This document shows positions 49,639-63,171 of a DNA stretch of 64,000 nt, piece by piece. Under the pieces are notes generated by a model, which was given only the letters and a program-made list of their open reading frames with translations, had not been told where the DNA came from and searched no databases. Made by a program: the position numbers and the translations under genes. Source of the stretch: Sphagnum compactum (lineage: Eukaryota); the NCBI GenBank assembly GCA_965153455.1, contig OZ234493.1:6138001-6202000 (forward strand), given 5' to 3'. The first letter of the stretch is position 1. The number at the start of each line of letters is the position of its first letter.

Positions 49639-50839
49639 TCTTATATATTAATTCACTAAGTCTGTCAGTCAGTCTGTGACCGTTGGTCTGTCTGTGACCC
49701 CTTTAGGGGACTTTCCGGTTTTACACATTGTTGTTGTTTCGATCGATCAATTCTTTGATGCCCAGGTTGCATGCAGAACCTCTGTAGGGGTTCCTTGCTT
49801 TGGTCGTCTCCCACTTTTGAATCTGTGTTTTTCAGTGGGGGTAGAAATCTTTTGCTGTGGGCATTGGAGGGCGATAATCGATCATGACAGGCCAGCGGCG
49901 GAAGCTATAGAAACAAGGGATGACCGGCAGCCGAGCAGCAAATGAGGGAAACGAAACAAGAGCCGAAGAAACTGGAGATGATCAGGAGAGAGGAATTATG
50001 GAGGGATTTCCAGTGGAATTGATAGGCAATATTTTGTCACACCTAGACGACATGAAGGATGTGGTGAGGGCTTCTTGGACGTGCCGAAAATGGAGAGTAG
50101 CATTACGCTATCTCCACACTCTGTGCGCCTCCTTGACGAAATGGGAACTCGAAACAGAAAAGCTTGAATTTGTGCTGACGGACACAATCCTGCAAACAAT
50201 GGGTCTCCAAAAATTACAAATTCATAGTTATACCCCATTTCCAGCGGCACCAGTGATCGCTTGGCTCTCTCATATTGGTGACTCTCTTCGCCATCTGACC
50301 TACAAACTGCCAGGGTCCACACCACATGTAAATGTGTTGAAGAGCTGTGCGAGAATGAGATGTCTTCAACGCTTGGATTTACACTGCCTTAATTGGGAGA
50401 TATTAACTTTGTTGTTGCAAATCCCACTGCTGAACTCTTCCCGTGTCTGTTGTCTCTTCATCTGTCTGATAGTCGGGTGTCCACAGGAGAACTCCAAGTA
50501 AGTTCGTCTGTTTGTGACGGGGGTTTTGGGGGGTGGGGGAGGGAGAGGCCGGTGAAGCAGCGGCGGGCGATGCCCAACACTACGTCTGTCTGTGACAGAG
50601 CTTGGTCTGTCAGTCAGTCTTGGGCACGGGCGGGACTGGGCACGGATTGGGCATGGGACTAGGCACGGACTGGGCACGGGCACGGGCGGGCTGGGCCCGG
50701 GAGAGGGGCACGGGCACGGGCATGGGACTGGGCACGGGCATGGGCGGACTGGGCACGGGCTGAGCACGGGCAGGTTGGGCACGGCACGGGTGGGCTGGGC
50801 ACGGGCGGATTGTGTCCGAACGTCACGGGTACCCACTAG
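49639..50839 (+). mobile_element. Non-autonomous Helitron (1201 bp) carrying a captured F-box gene fragment
   Basis: 5' A|TCTTATATATTAATTCACTAAGTCTGTCAGTCAGTCTG and 3' ...CCGAACGTCACGGGTACCCACTAG|T give an AT target with TC...CTAG ends and no TSD. Subterminal GGGCACGGG repeats at 50620-50806. Confidence 0.8.
49998..50497 (+). pseudogene. Truncated, frameshifted F-box/LRR gene fragment (At1g67190-like family) inside the Helitron
   Basis: MEGFPVELIGNILSHLDDMKDVVRASWTCRKWR is an F-box motif. The reading continues in another frame near 50390 (GDINFVVANPTAELFPCLLSLHLSDSRVSTGELQ) and ends at a GTAAGT donor-like site at 50498. Confidence 0.8.
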
Positions 50840-50989
50840 TCTTGAATGAATTCACTAGTCCAACTAATGGGACCTAATGGGGATGTAGTGAATTCATTCT
50901 CCATTTAATGGGGACTAGTGAATTGCACCCACATTTTGTAGCAAATTTAGGAAATGGTATGGTTTTCATGTTATGTAAAAAATTATAAA

Positions 50990-51520
50990 CAAAACACAAT
51001 TTTCAATTCTAAAGCTTCAAGGTGCTTTTGTTGAAGACTATTATTATCATAAAACTGGTGGATGTAACATAGTGGCAAAATGTGTTGTTGATTGCAATAA
51101 AAAATGTACTAATGTTTTTGTGGGGTTTCCAAGTAGTGTTAATGATTCAAGGGTTTTATGTAGATTTGGTTTATATAAAAAAGTTCAATACAATGGGTTG
51201 TTTGAAATTGGCAAGCTTTCCCAAAATGGATTTGTAATATTTTATCTTTTGGGGGACAAGGGATACCCATTGATTTCATGGATTATGATGCCATACAAGG
51301 AAGAAAGGTAGCATTTTGTCTAAGAACATTTGTACGATAAGGAACATAAAATGGGTTGCTTTGTTGTGGAGAATGTTTTTGGCATAATAAAAAAAACTTT
51401 CAAGAATTATTAAGAAGATGTAATTTACCTGTATTTTCTTGCCATATTTTTTTACTTGTTTATTGCATAACCTATTTCGATCTCAAACAAAATCTAACAA
51501 TCAAAGGCTGATGAGAATCA
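50990..51520 (+). pseudogene. Decayed PIF/Harbinger transposase relic
   Basis: CVVDCNKKCTNVFVGFPSSVNDSRVL...YLLGDKGYPLISWIMMPY, followed by VVENVFGII-like sequence. These match the DDE_Tnp_4 motifs GxPGSxxDxR, LGDxGYP and VExAFG. Confidence 0.8.
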
Positions 51521-52645
51521 TTGAAATGGGTGATGCACAAGTAATTCAAGAAACAAACATGGCACATAGATTCGATGTATACATTGAATATTAACAAGTA
51601 AATTCAATTGAAGGGTAAGAAATGTGTAGAGTTTAGCAATGCGCATGGAATTATGTAGTTTCCTTGGATGACAAAAAACTATCACATTATTATTTGCTCT
51701 TTAAGTTCCATTTCTATTTCATCTAGCATCAAAATTTGCTTTCAACTTTAGTTCATTGTTTGTTAATTTTCGTGATTTGTAAAATCATTGTTAATGGGAG
51801 GATCTTGTCTTGTAAGATTAATGCTATTGAAAATTTCACCCCCTTTGTCTTTCATAAGCACCATTATGTGTGTTAACCTATGATGACATTGTTGGAGCCA
51901 CATAGAAAGGAAATGATGGTTGATTCAATTAACCAAATGCACAAGACTAACTTTCTTTATTGAAGAAAAGTGCACAAAAACACAAAAGAACATATTTGAA
52001 AAGCAACTAGATTATTTCAAAGGTATAGACAAAATAATCAATGGAACTTAAATGAACATGGTGAAAGCCATCATAGGTCTAACACACATATTGGACTTGG
52101 TTTTTTCGTGGACGTAGCTTGAAAGAAGTGGGGGAACAAAGGTTTGAATGATGATGAGGAATGAGTTTGTGGGAAACATGGCAATGGTGCTCATGATGGC
52201 CAAATTGTAGTTTTTTTTTCATTAACACCACTAAGGTAGACTGGCCCATCACTGATCGCTTGGCTACGACCAAACATTTAATTATATCATCATATGTGCT
52301 TCATTTTGAGTGATTTAAAATGTTATGGGAGTGCTACCTCAAGTTCTAGAAATCATCTTTGAAGTGCAAAGGAAAAGGATTAATGAACAAATAACAAGAA
52401 GAAAAATAAGCTTTCCAAGTTACAAAACACTTTTTTTTCCCCTTTTTGTTCTCTTTGGACCCCTCCTACTTTCAAACCTCATAACTTTTTAATTTCTTAT
52501 TCACAGGGCAGCCCGTTCACTAATCTGCACTTAATCGGAGTCGTGCGATCCGCATTTTGGCTCGACGTTGAAGTTCCCCGAAAATCCTTTTTCTGGCGGG
52601 AGTGGGTGCCCAAGTCCTCTCGACTTTGACGCGGACGGAGGCGCA

Positions 52646-53135
52646 AGTTAGGGTTTGGTGCTCTGCCTCTGGCGTAAATTTAGGGTTTGGTGCTCTGCCT
52701 CTGGCGCCATTTTAGGGTTTGGTGCTCTGCATCTGGCTCAAGTTAGGGTTTGGTGCTTTGCCTCTGCTCTGCAAGTCTTGTGCCCTTCTTCTCTTCAAAA
52801 TACGAACATGGGAAGAGAGAGGGGAAGAGGACCACAGGTGCAGCAAAGGGAAGTGAAAGGGAGTGCGGGAAGTTAGGGTCTGGTGCTTTGTCTCTGCTCT
52901 GCAAGTCTTGTGCCCTTCTTCTTCTCTTCAACATACAAACATGGGAAGAGGGAGATGAAGAGAACGACAGGTGCAGCGAAGGGAAGTCAAAGGGAGTGCG
53001 GGAAGTTAGGGTTTGGTGCTTTGTCTCCGCTCTGCAAGTCTTGTGCCCTTCTTCTTCTCTCCACAACATACAAACATGGGAAGAGGGAGAGGAAGAGGAC
53101 GACAGGTGCAGCGAAGGGAAGTCAAAGGAAGTGGG
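52646..53135 (+). repeat. Telo-box-bearing tandem repeats immediately upstream of XPO7
   Basis: Three ~32-bp units TTAGGGTTTGGTGCTCTGC.TCTGGC, then three ~130-bp units that begin with the same TTAGGGT(T/C)TGGTGCT head (starts ~52743, 52873, 53006). Confidence 0.9.
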
Positions 53136-53196
53136 GGAGATGAAGCGGAGATATCAGGAGCTTGATGGGTGAGATGAGTAGTAGAACGCAAAGTTC

Positions 53197-56100
53197 ATGG
53201 AGAGTTTGGCAGAGCTAAGCGTGTTGTGCGAGCGATTGTACACATCGCAGGATGCTGCGGAGCGAGCGCACGCAGAGACGACCTTGGCTTGTTTTTCTCA
53301 AAATTCGGAATATATCTCTCAGTGCCAGTACATCCTCGAGAATTCCTCTTCGCCGTATACGCAATTCCTGGCCAGTTCCAGCCTGGTGAAGCAGGTCACG
53401 GATCACACATTGTCGCTGCAGCTGCGTTTGGATATTCGAAACTATGTGGTGGGATACCTGGCTTCAAAGGGGCAGGAGTTGCAGCCGTTCGTGGCTACGA
53501 GCTTGATTCAATTGCTATGTCGCATCACCAAGTTGGGATGGTACGACGACGATCAGTTCCGGGACATTGTGAAGGAAGCCATGAAGTTTTTGACGCATGC
53601 GACCGTGGAGCATTTCCTTATCGGCTTGAAGATCCTCAATCAACTGGTTACGGAAATGAACCAACCGAATCCCGGTATGTCGCTGACGCACCACAGGAAG
53701 ACGGCTTGCAGCTTCAGGGATTTGGCCCTGTTCCAGATTTTCCAAATCTCTTTCACTTCGCTGCAGCAGCTGCAAATCGAGACAGCTGACCACCGTCTAA
53801 GGGAGCAAGCCATCACGCTTTCCCTCAAGTGCTTCTCGTTCGATTTTGTCGGCACGTCGCTGGACGAAAGCTCTGAGGATTTGGGTACCATTCAGATTCC
53901 GTCTTCTTGGCGGCCTGTACTGGAAGACACCTCCACAATGCAGCTCTTCTTTGACTATTATGCTCGTACTAAACCTCCCCTCTCCAACGTTGCTCTGGAG
54001 TGCTTGGTCAGGCTCGCATCTGTGCGCAGATCGCTGTTCTCTGGTGAGTTGGAACGTTCCAAGTTCTTGTCCCATTTGATGAGCGGCACGAGGGAAATTC
54101 TGCTGACACAACAGGGTTTATCAGAGCATGAGAATTACCATGAGTATTGCCGGCTGCTTGGTCGATTGAAGACGAATTACCAGCTCTCAGAACTGGTGAG
54201 CATTGAGAATTATGCAGATTGGATTCAGCTTGTAGCTGAGTTCACAATCCAGTCATTGCAGTCATGGCAATGGGCCAGTGGGAGTGTGTATTACTTGCTC
54301 GGGCTGTGGTCCCGGCTTGTGTCATCAGTGCCCTATTTGAAAAGTGAGTCACCCAGCCTTCTCGACAACTTTGTACCCAAGATCACTGAAACTTACATAT
54401 CCTCACGACTTGACTCTGTCCAGATGGTCCTTCAGAACAACATCACTGAAGACCCCCTTGATAATGAAGAGCAGTTACAGGATCAGCTTGACAGCCTCCC
54501 TTATCTCTGTCGCTTCCAATATGAGAAGACAAGTAACTACATCATAACTCTCTTGGAGCCCATTTTGCAGGTACTATTCCCAACCTTCTTACAACAGTTT
54601 TTACATCACACTACCATTTTAGGAGTGTCTTTTGCATGTATCACCATACATCCAGAACTACCCATATTCTGATGGTATTGCTCTTCTTGAGCACACCTTA
54701 TAGAGGTCAGGGGTTAAAATTCTGAGCAGTTTTTTTGACCCTGAGTGGAACAGGTGAATTCAAGGGTTAGATTTGGGATATTGCAAGGCTTTGAGGTTTA
54801 TAGTGCTGATGATGAAGCCAGGAGTGCTATTCTTGAGCTGCTGCAGTGATGCCTGGTTGATAAAGGTTCTCCATTGTTGAAGCAATCTGTGGAAATGTTA
54901 TTGCCAAAAGTGAAACCCAGAATAAGAGCTGTCCTCTCATCTTCATTGTTTGTTTAGTGAAGCCTTTCAGAGTAAGAATGTATTGTGGTATTGAAATTTG
55001 TGCAGTAGTCAGTAATTATTTAGTGATTATCTGGTGATGGAGTACTGTTGATGAGCAGACAACTTTCCACATTTCTGGTTGCCTGGTACTGTAATGAGAG
55101 TGAATTGATTGGTACAGGCATACACAGAAGCAGCAAGACTCCAGACAGGAGTAAACAACTCACAGCTCCAGGCTATGGAGGGGCAGCTTACATGGCTGGT
55201 TCATATTATAGGTGCCATCATTAGGGGACGGCAAACCTCAAGCAGCAGTGCAGAGTCTCAAGAGGTTATTGATGGTGAGCTTGCTGCTCGTGTCTTCCAG
55301 CTCATCCAAGTCACTGACACAGGTTTCCATGTGCAGCGCTACCCTCAAAGCAGTAAGCAGCGACTGGATCTTGCAATTCTTTCATTCTTTCAGAACTTTC
55401 GGAGGGTTTATGTTGGCGATCAGGCCATGCATTCCAGTAAGCAGCTATATGGACGCCTGAATGAGCTGTTGGGCCTCCAAGACCACCTCATGGTATTGAA
55501 TGTGATTGTTGGCAAGATTGCTACTAATTTGAAATGCTATGCACAGTGCGAGGAAGTGATAGAGCAGACATTGAATCTCTTTCAGGAGCTTGCTGCAGGA
55601 TACATGAGTGGCAAACTGTTACTGAAGCTTGATGCTGTGAACTACATTCTAGAGCATCACACAAGGGAGCACTTCACTTTCCTGGACGAATTTAAAAATT
55701 CACGCAACCGAACTATATTCTATTTCACACTTGGTCGGTTGCTTTTCATGGAGGATAGCTCTGCAAAGTTCAAGGCTTTCATTGCCTCATTGCAACAGGT
55801 TTTTGTTAACCTGGAAGTTATACCAGTGGAGGCTTTTCGATCAGATGGTGTCAAGTTTGCTCTTATTGGACTGATGCGGGATCTGAGGGGCATAGCTATG
55901 GCAACCAACAGTCGCAGAACATATGGGCTGCTCTTTGAGTGGCTATATCCTGCTCATACCTCTTTATTGTTAAGGGCCATAGAACAGTGGACAGATACAC
56001 CAGAGGTCACTACCCCTGTGTTGAAATTTGTTGCAGAGTTTGTCATGAACAAGACACAGCGGTTGACGTTCGATTCCTCGTGTCCAAATGGAATCCTTCT

Positions 56101-56908
56101 ATTTCGAGAAGTCAGCAAGCTGATAGTGGCATATGGCTCCCGAATCTTGTCCCTCCCAACACCTTCTGATCCTTACACTTACAAGTACAAGGGTATTTGG
56201 GTTGCATTGACCATTCTCACAAGAGCACTGGCAGGGAACTATGTTAATTTTGGTGTGTTTGAGCTTTATGGAGACCGGGCACTTGCCGATGCACTTGACA
56301 TGGCTCTGAAAATGTCACTGGCTATCCCATTGGCGAGTATCATGGCCTTTCGCAAACTCGCAAGAGCCTATTTTGCTCTGCTTGAAGTCCTTTGTCACAA
56401 TCACACTGCAGTTATTGTAAACCTTGACACTGCCACTTTTGCCCACCTTGTAGGTTCCCTGGAGACAGGTGTGAAATCCTTGGATGTGAACATTTCATCA
56501 CAGTGTGCTTCTGCAGTGGACAATCTTGCAGCATTCTACTTCAATAACATTACAATGGAAGACAACCCAACTTCAGTGGCGACCATCAACATGGCCCGGC
56601 ACTTTGCAGAGTGCCCTAATTTATTCCCAGAAATTTTGAAATCTTTATTTGAAATTGTCTTGTTTGAGGAATGCTCTAACCAGTGGAGCTTAAGCAGGCC
56701 AATGCTCTCCCTTATTCTTATTAATGAGCAGATCTTCAATGGTCTCAAGGCTCAGATTCTGTCAACGCAGCCCGCTGATCAGCAGCAGAGGCTTGCAGGA
56801 TGCTTTGATAAGCTTATGGCTGATATCACACGAACACTGGAGCCCAAAAACCGGGACAAGTTCACACAAAACTTGACCATTTTCAGACATGATTTTAGGG
56901 CCAAGTAG
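53197..56908 (+). CDS. XPO7: Exportin-7 / RanBP16-17-like nuclear transport receptor, 2 exons, 1054 aa
   Basis: Motifs LCERLYTSQD..ERAHAE, HRKTACSFRD, NYHEYCRLLGRLKTNYQLSELV, GNYVNFGVFELYGD, NQWSLSRPML and KNRDKFTQNL. Exons 53197-54570 (CAG|GTAC) and 55118-56908 (ACAG|GCA), phase 0, 3165 nt. Confidence 0.95.
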
Positions 56909-58048
56909 TCTAAGGGTTTCATTTTCAGGTGCAGACTTGCAGCTCAACAACCTAGCCAAACCATCTGGTTGGATATTGTATCCATGAACAGGATTGTTCT
57001 TGCTTTGTCTTCTTGAAGGCCTTGAGCTGTGTTGACCTTGATCCCCCTCATCTCCCTGAGGCATCTCTCATGTTGGAGTGTTGCTAATTATGTCTAGTTG
57101 CAAATCTGACAGGCAGTATGAGGAAATTTTTGTCCCTAACTGATCATGGGCTGCAACATGAAGACTCATAAGCACAGCTTACATTCCACAGATTACAAGA
57201 ACCGGAGATGTGAATTCTAGTATACTTGGCTCTGAGTTAGCCCTAAACCCTACCACATTCTTGAGACCCTTTGATAGAAGACTCAGATCTTCAAATTCTA
57301 GCGGGGTGGGAACTTTCTTACGTCCAATTCACAGGAACTGAGATCTGGAAATTCAGGCAGCCTGAAGTCTCAGCTCGAATCTGCTTTTCATCTTCTCATG
57401 CCATATGATTGGCCAACTTGAATATCCTGTTAAAGGACACCTTTTGTCTTTCCTGTACGGTTCTTTGGTAAGCTCTCCTGGTTAGTACAACCAGGTCTGC
57501 CACAAAGAGTTGTTCAGGGGTATTGTTTGGGCTACAAGTGTTGTGCCACTGGTTTACGGTTCAAGTCTCTTCAGATGATATGCAATTAGTCTCAATTTCC
57601 CAGCCTATTGTGGGACTTCATATTTTGAAGGCATTGCAGTATTGGGTAGTTAACTGGAGCTCTTCTGGTACTAGTCGGCAAGAATCAAAACCCTGAAAAT
57701 CAGATAATCTTGTAGTACCTAACTGGAACTGAATATGGTTGGTTCTTCTACCTGTTGAATTGGAAGTGGAATTGAACTTTTTGAAGTCTCTGTGGTAGCC
57801 AGAATTGGATGTGATGATAGTCATTCATTCAAATTCCTCTAAAGAGCTTGAGAGTGGCTTTTTCTCAGAAAGGAAAGCTGTAGCCATGGATCAACTTAGC
57901 TGTGTGGTGATGTGATGCCCAAATGTAGTTGAAGAGATGAGATTTTGAAGCCTTGACAAAGAATGTGCTGCAATTAGTGTGGAAGAAAGAAACCATAAAG
58001 GATATAGATGGTTTTTGTTTCTTGGCTTCATAATTGGAGCTTGCCTTA

Positions 58049-58319
58049 GAGCATCTCCACCCACACGCCATATTGGGGGGCCCATACCAGTAGCTACCAC
58101 ATCCAACATAGAGTGCAAATTACTCCCTGTGCCCACCCATCATCATGAAAAGCTGGACAGTATATAGTGAGAAACTAATTAAATGTCGGCCAACAAAAAA
58201 TAGTCATTTTCTTTTATTGGGCCTTTCAATTGTATTCTTTGGATATATTGTAAAAACTATTTAAAGATTCTGCTTCATCCAAACTACAGACCATTCTACT
58301 TCTGCCAATGGAGATGCTC
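58049..58319. mobile_element. Tourist-like (PIF/Harbinger) MITE, 271 bp
   Basis: TIRs GAGCATCTCCA ... TGGAGATGCTC with a TTA target-site duplication on both sides (58046-58048, 58320-58322). Confidence 0.88.
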
Positions 58320-61033
58320 TTATGAGGTTTAGGTTGTATGTCCGTCATCACTTAAGACTTGTCTGGCATGCTATATCTTCAATACACACTAGGAGTTTTT
58401 TTCTTTTAAAAACCATTACAAAGAATAAACTTACTTGACTGGAATAGAGAAGGAATGCAAATGAAATGATGAAAGATGAAGTGGAGGAAAATGTGAATCT
58501 CACTTACCCATAGTCATTTCAATTTGAAGCAAATATTATGCTTCACCAAATTAACAAAATTTGAACTACTTGTGCATTATCTGAAGTGTAGTGAGGTAAG
58601 TTGCCAATCATGTTATGTATTCAACATTATTTTATGCTTGTGCTTATCTTCTCAGTTGTATATTTTCTTTTGCAACTGCTTTACAACCACCGACCATTCT
58701 GTTCTTTCCTGACTTTTTCTTGACTTTCAATGTTGTATGGTATTTTTCAATTGTAACATTCGTGTCTTGCCCAACATAGGGTAGGTCTCAAAACTCAACC
58801 ATCCATACATGAGAGTTGAACAACCCGTTTTCATCCCAGCATTTCCAAAAGAGATTAGTTGCAAGGTACTTGAATGTTAGAAACCTCAACCTATCCATAG
58901 CCAATGCTTCAAACACTAGCTCTAAGTGGACCATCCAAATCATATATTATGTTCCCCACCTCTTGCAACACACATGTACATTGGTACCTATGGGGAACCC
59001 TAAACCCCATTGAATGTGAGATAGGTTGCTTCATGTTTACGCAACAATAAGATTGGTGCATAGGAAAGTGGTGATCACATATGTACATAGTACAAATCTA
59101 GATCATGGAAATTCAATTGTACACTTAGAATGGGAAATGGAATTTGAACCTCAAAACTTCAAAACATTATCTATTTGTGTTGTTGCAACGACTTGTTGTC
59201 ATGCACAATTTGTTTTTCTACAATGAAATTAACTACGGCCACCACCTTGACCTTGTTTACCACCTATGAAATCACACATGCAATGTATGGGGATGAATGT
59301 AAGCTTGGCAATGTGGTCCCCAATGTGTTGATGTACAACTTCCCCAAGCTGGTTTCTATGGTCAAAAGGCCCATATGGTTGAATTTGAATGGGAAACTCC
59401 AATGCAAGGAATGAGCTTCTAGTGGATATCTTGATACAAATTCCTAGATATGCCCTCCATATCTATTGAACAAAACTCAAAGTTTTGTAAGATTAGTAGT
59501 TTCCTATCTCACCTTTCAAGAGCATTTTAAAAGTAACTATGTCTCGTATATGAATGTTCTTGTGATTATGAACAATCATGTGTCACATCCTTGTTTATAA
59601 AATTCTCCCCATTTTGCATCATCGCGCCCTTATAAATGAAAACATCCACAATAGCAATTTTTGATTTGTAAAAAAAAAACCATTTTATAAACCTTCATTT
59701 AACAAAACCTTCATCATATTAATGCATGAGCTCATGAACATAATACATTAAAAATTTTAATTAACATATGCAACTAGTATAGTGTATTATCTTTTCAGCT
59801 TCAGCAATTGGGTGCCAAATAATTATTTTTAAAAAATCATTTTGATATTAATAATTATTATTTATGAAAATTTCCACCTACTATTATGTCAAAAAATCAG
59901 CAATGATGATAGATTGCGTACACATGTATGATATCGATATCAATGTTACATCTAAATGTGAGTACCTATTTCATTGTGCTTAGGGCCTATTTGTAAGTTC
60001 TTAATTTCTTGAACATTGTTCTTGCATAGTCTTTGTTGTTTGTGGTAGAACATGCATTTATTTGCATGTTTACAATTCAACATTCTTCTGGGAACCTATC
60101 CCCAAACCCTAATCATTGCAAAGTAGAAAAAAACCAAGCTATGCGGTAGGTAATTTATGTATGGGCCACAGAAAAACTAACCCAGTCCCCAAAATTTCAG
60201 CATTCTAAGGGTAATAATTTCCTTAATATTTGGCGTTTCAAAAATTCAACTTTTCCAAAAATAATTTAATTACCTCCTAATGTGAAAAGGTACTATGATA
60301 TTAGTGTTTCAATGTTACATGATAAAAAACATTGGAATTATAATGGTGTGTACCTCTTTCCATTAGTGTCAATCAATGTCTATGATACCATAGCCGAGGG
60401 TCAGTTTCCACATTGACAAAATGAATAATTATTATAAAAAAAAAGAATTTGTTTAAATTTTCTGAAAAATTATTATTAGTTTCATCATCTACTATAATAT
60501 TGTGATATGAGTAGTGAAATTATTCAGAGTGTAGTCTACGATAATTACAATGATTTTCAACATGTCAACTTCATATTTTCACAAAATTTCATTTTGTTAT
60601 TTTGAGGATTATTTAATGATGAAACTAACCTTAGGGTAAGGTACGGTTCACCCACTTGATTTGCTTTACAAACAAGCTACTAGTATGGTTGCATTTTACA
60701 AACTCTTTGCTTAAACTATGAAACATTTCACAACTATGCAATAATCCATCGATTGTTAAAATGTTGACAACGACTTCTATAGCACAAAAAAAAACACCAT
60801 GGTACCCTATACTTTGGTTACTATTACTCAAATTATTGGTGTGCACAGGCATGATCAATGGCACATAATAAGCACAAAATATTGGATAGGAATTTAAATG
60901 CAATATTACATCAATATGATACTATGGAAAAACATTATGATAAAGCACTTGTGTATCTATAACCTCGGGGTCAAAATTGACTCCAACTTCACTAAAATGT
61001 AATTGAAACTATGAATGACACATTATTCTACTA

Positions 61034-61621
61034 GGGTAACTATGCCTATCACCGAACACATACCTAATATTGAACACTTCCCGATATTTATTGTCATACC
61101 TTAATCAAATTGAGAGATTTTGGTGTCGTTGGATGCGCAAACTGGAGGCTTACAAATGTTTTTTGAGTGTCAGAAGTAAAGGAGCAACACAGGTAACACA
61201 TGAAGAGGATGAGTGATAGTTTGTTTCAATTTTTTTGAAAAAATTGGTCTCTCTAATTTCAGCCTCATATCTTCCTCATTTTCAGTCTGTTTTGAGTGAT
61301 TTAAAACCTGGTGAGTGCATCATCAACTAAGGCTTTACAAGATTTCTTTATATTGCAAAGGCAAAGATTCAACAATTAAAGATTTTAAGCTCAAAATTCT
61401 AATCTGTTTTAATTCATCTATCACCAAACACTAAACCCCCTTACACCAAACACCCCATATCTTCTCCATTCTTTTTATTGAATTGAACGATTTTTTACAA
61501 CATTGGAAGCGCTAGGTGGAGAGCAGCAATTGTTCTTTGAACCCAAAAAATCAAATTCCCATTGTGTGGGGATTCAACCTCCTCAAAGCCACTGTGTGTT
61601 CAGTGATAAACATAGTTACCC
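61034..61621. mobile_element. TA-targeting MITE (Tc1/mariner-type non-autonomous element), 588 bp
   Basis: 27-bp imperfect TIRs GGGTAACTATGCCTATCACCGAACACA / TGTGTTCAGTGATAAACATAGTTACCC, flanked by TA on both sides. Confidence 0.85.
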
Positions 61622-63171
61622 TATATCAATGTAATGTTTTAAATTGATGTAGTTTTTGGAAACCCAATTATTTGCAAAAGTGAACACTTCCCACATCTTA
61701 TCTTCAACAGTATAATCAATGAACAGTTTCACCTCTAAGCTACAAGATGGGTAAATTCATAACTTACATGAATAAGAAACTTCAGCTGGGTGTTGGTGTT
61801 TCAGAGGCACAAAACTCATCATAACATTTGAAACATTGTAGAGACACTTAAGAGATTTTGAGCGTTCACTAAGCATTCTCCCTGGTTTTGCTCCCCTGCA
61901 CAGTTTTTTCACTCAGGGCACCCTGCCCATTGCCTGAGCAAAAAGGACCATCCCTTGAACCCTAAACCTCAGGTTCGGACTAAGGACCTGACCACCATTT
62001 TATGCTGGTACCAACCATGTAGAAGGTGCAATCTTTCCCCTGAATGAGAACACAGGAAGATTGGTTGAGGTAGCATCACTCCCTTCCATACTGCATTTTT
62101 CGGACAGCACTCTGCAATATTTCCAAGTGTATATGGAGGGCACCTTATATCCATGAATATATTTCCTAGGAAAGAGGATATCAAACCTACTCATTGAGAC
62201 TCAGAGAGACCTTACACCTATAAGAAGGCATAAAATCCCTCCCTCTCAAGGAGCAGAATAAGAAACCTTCCACTCCTAGGTATGCATCGTGATTTATGTA
62301 GGTTTAGTGTAGCCTAATGCCTGCCAGGTTTATGAAAAGCCATGCACAAAGGTTATTCCATTTATGACAGATAACCTTTGTGTTATGCTTTATGATCAGT
62401 AAAGCCTACAGATTGGGGACATCCTAAAAATGCAAAGCCAGATTCAGCCTACTCATCCTAGGCCCCTTGGGAATGCCTCCACCCCACGGCTTTACCCTAC
62501 ACAGAAATCCCTGAAGAACAGGATTCAGCAGCTGCAGAGGAGAAACCTGCAATGAGCCTAAAGCTGGAGCAATTGAGAGGATTTATCAGTTGCAAATCAG
62601 GACCTAATTAAACATTGATATCTGGGACAAGTCTTAAGTTGACATTAAAACAATATCTAGTGCTGTTTTATACAAAAAAAAGTTGGTGCATCTCCTTTTA
62701 TTGGAGCAATCTTGTTGAACTAGTTCCAGCAATTGAGCATGAAATCTTAACAACAATGCTTCCTGGTCATACATTTCTCTTTCAGATCTTTGTTTGCATG
62801 AGAACACACAGCCCAGCTCAGTTAATTCAGAATTTTAAATCATGTGCTAAAGGAAAATGCTATCCTGTTCATCCAGACTTGAATATACAGAAGTAATCAT
62901 ACTTTTGATCAGGACTGGAAAATCAAGAGTGGCAGCCAAAGATCAGATAAACTTTGGAGCCAATCTAAGAGCTATATAATCTTCATCAGCCTGGACAGAG
63001 GAGTGATTAGCTTGCAGGGTAGTGATGCAAGATATTACATCAAGGGGAGAGCAGTGTCCCAGTATGATGCCTAACCCACATCTGGAAAAAAATCATCTGA
63101 GCCCCTTCAGCCTTGACTTAAAACAATAGATGTGTGTACATTCAACACACAGAGGCAGAGAAATTGATTGA

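Noticed and set aside
50366-50849. Pro/Cys-rich (minus) and Gly/His-rich (plus) ORFs
   Set aside because: Artefacts of the GGGCACGGG subterminal repeats of the Helitron.
52750-53172. 140-aa repeated ORF upstream of XPO7
   Set aside because: Translation of the ~130-bp tandem repeat; no protein family features.
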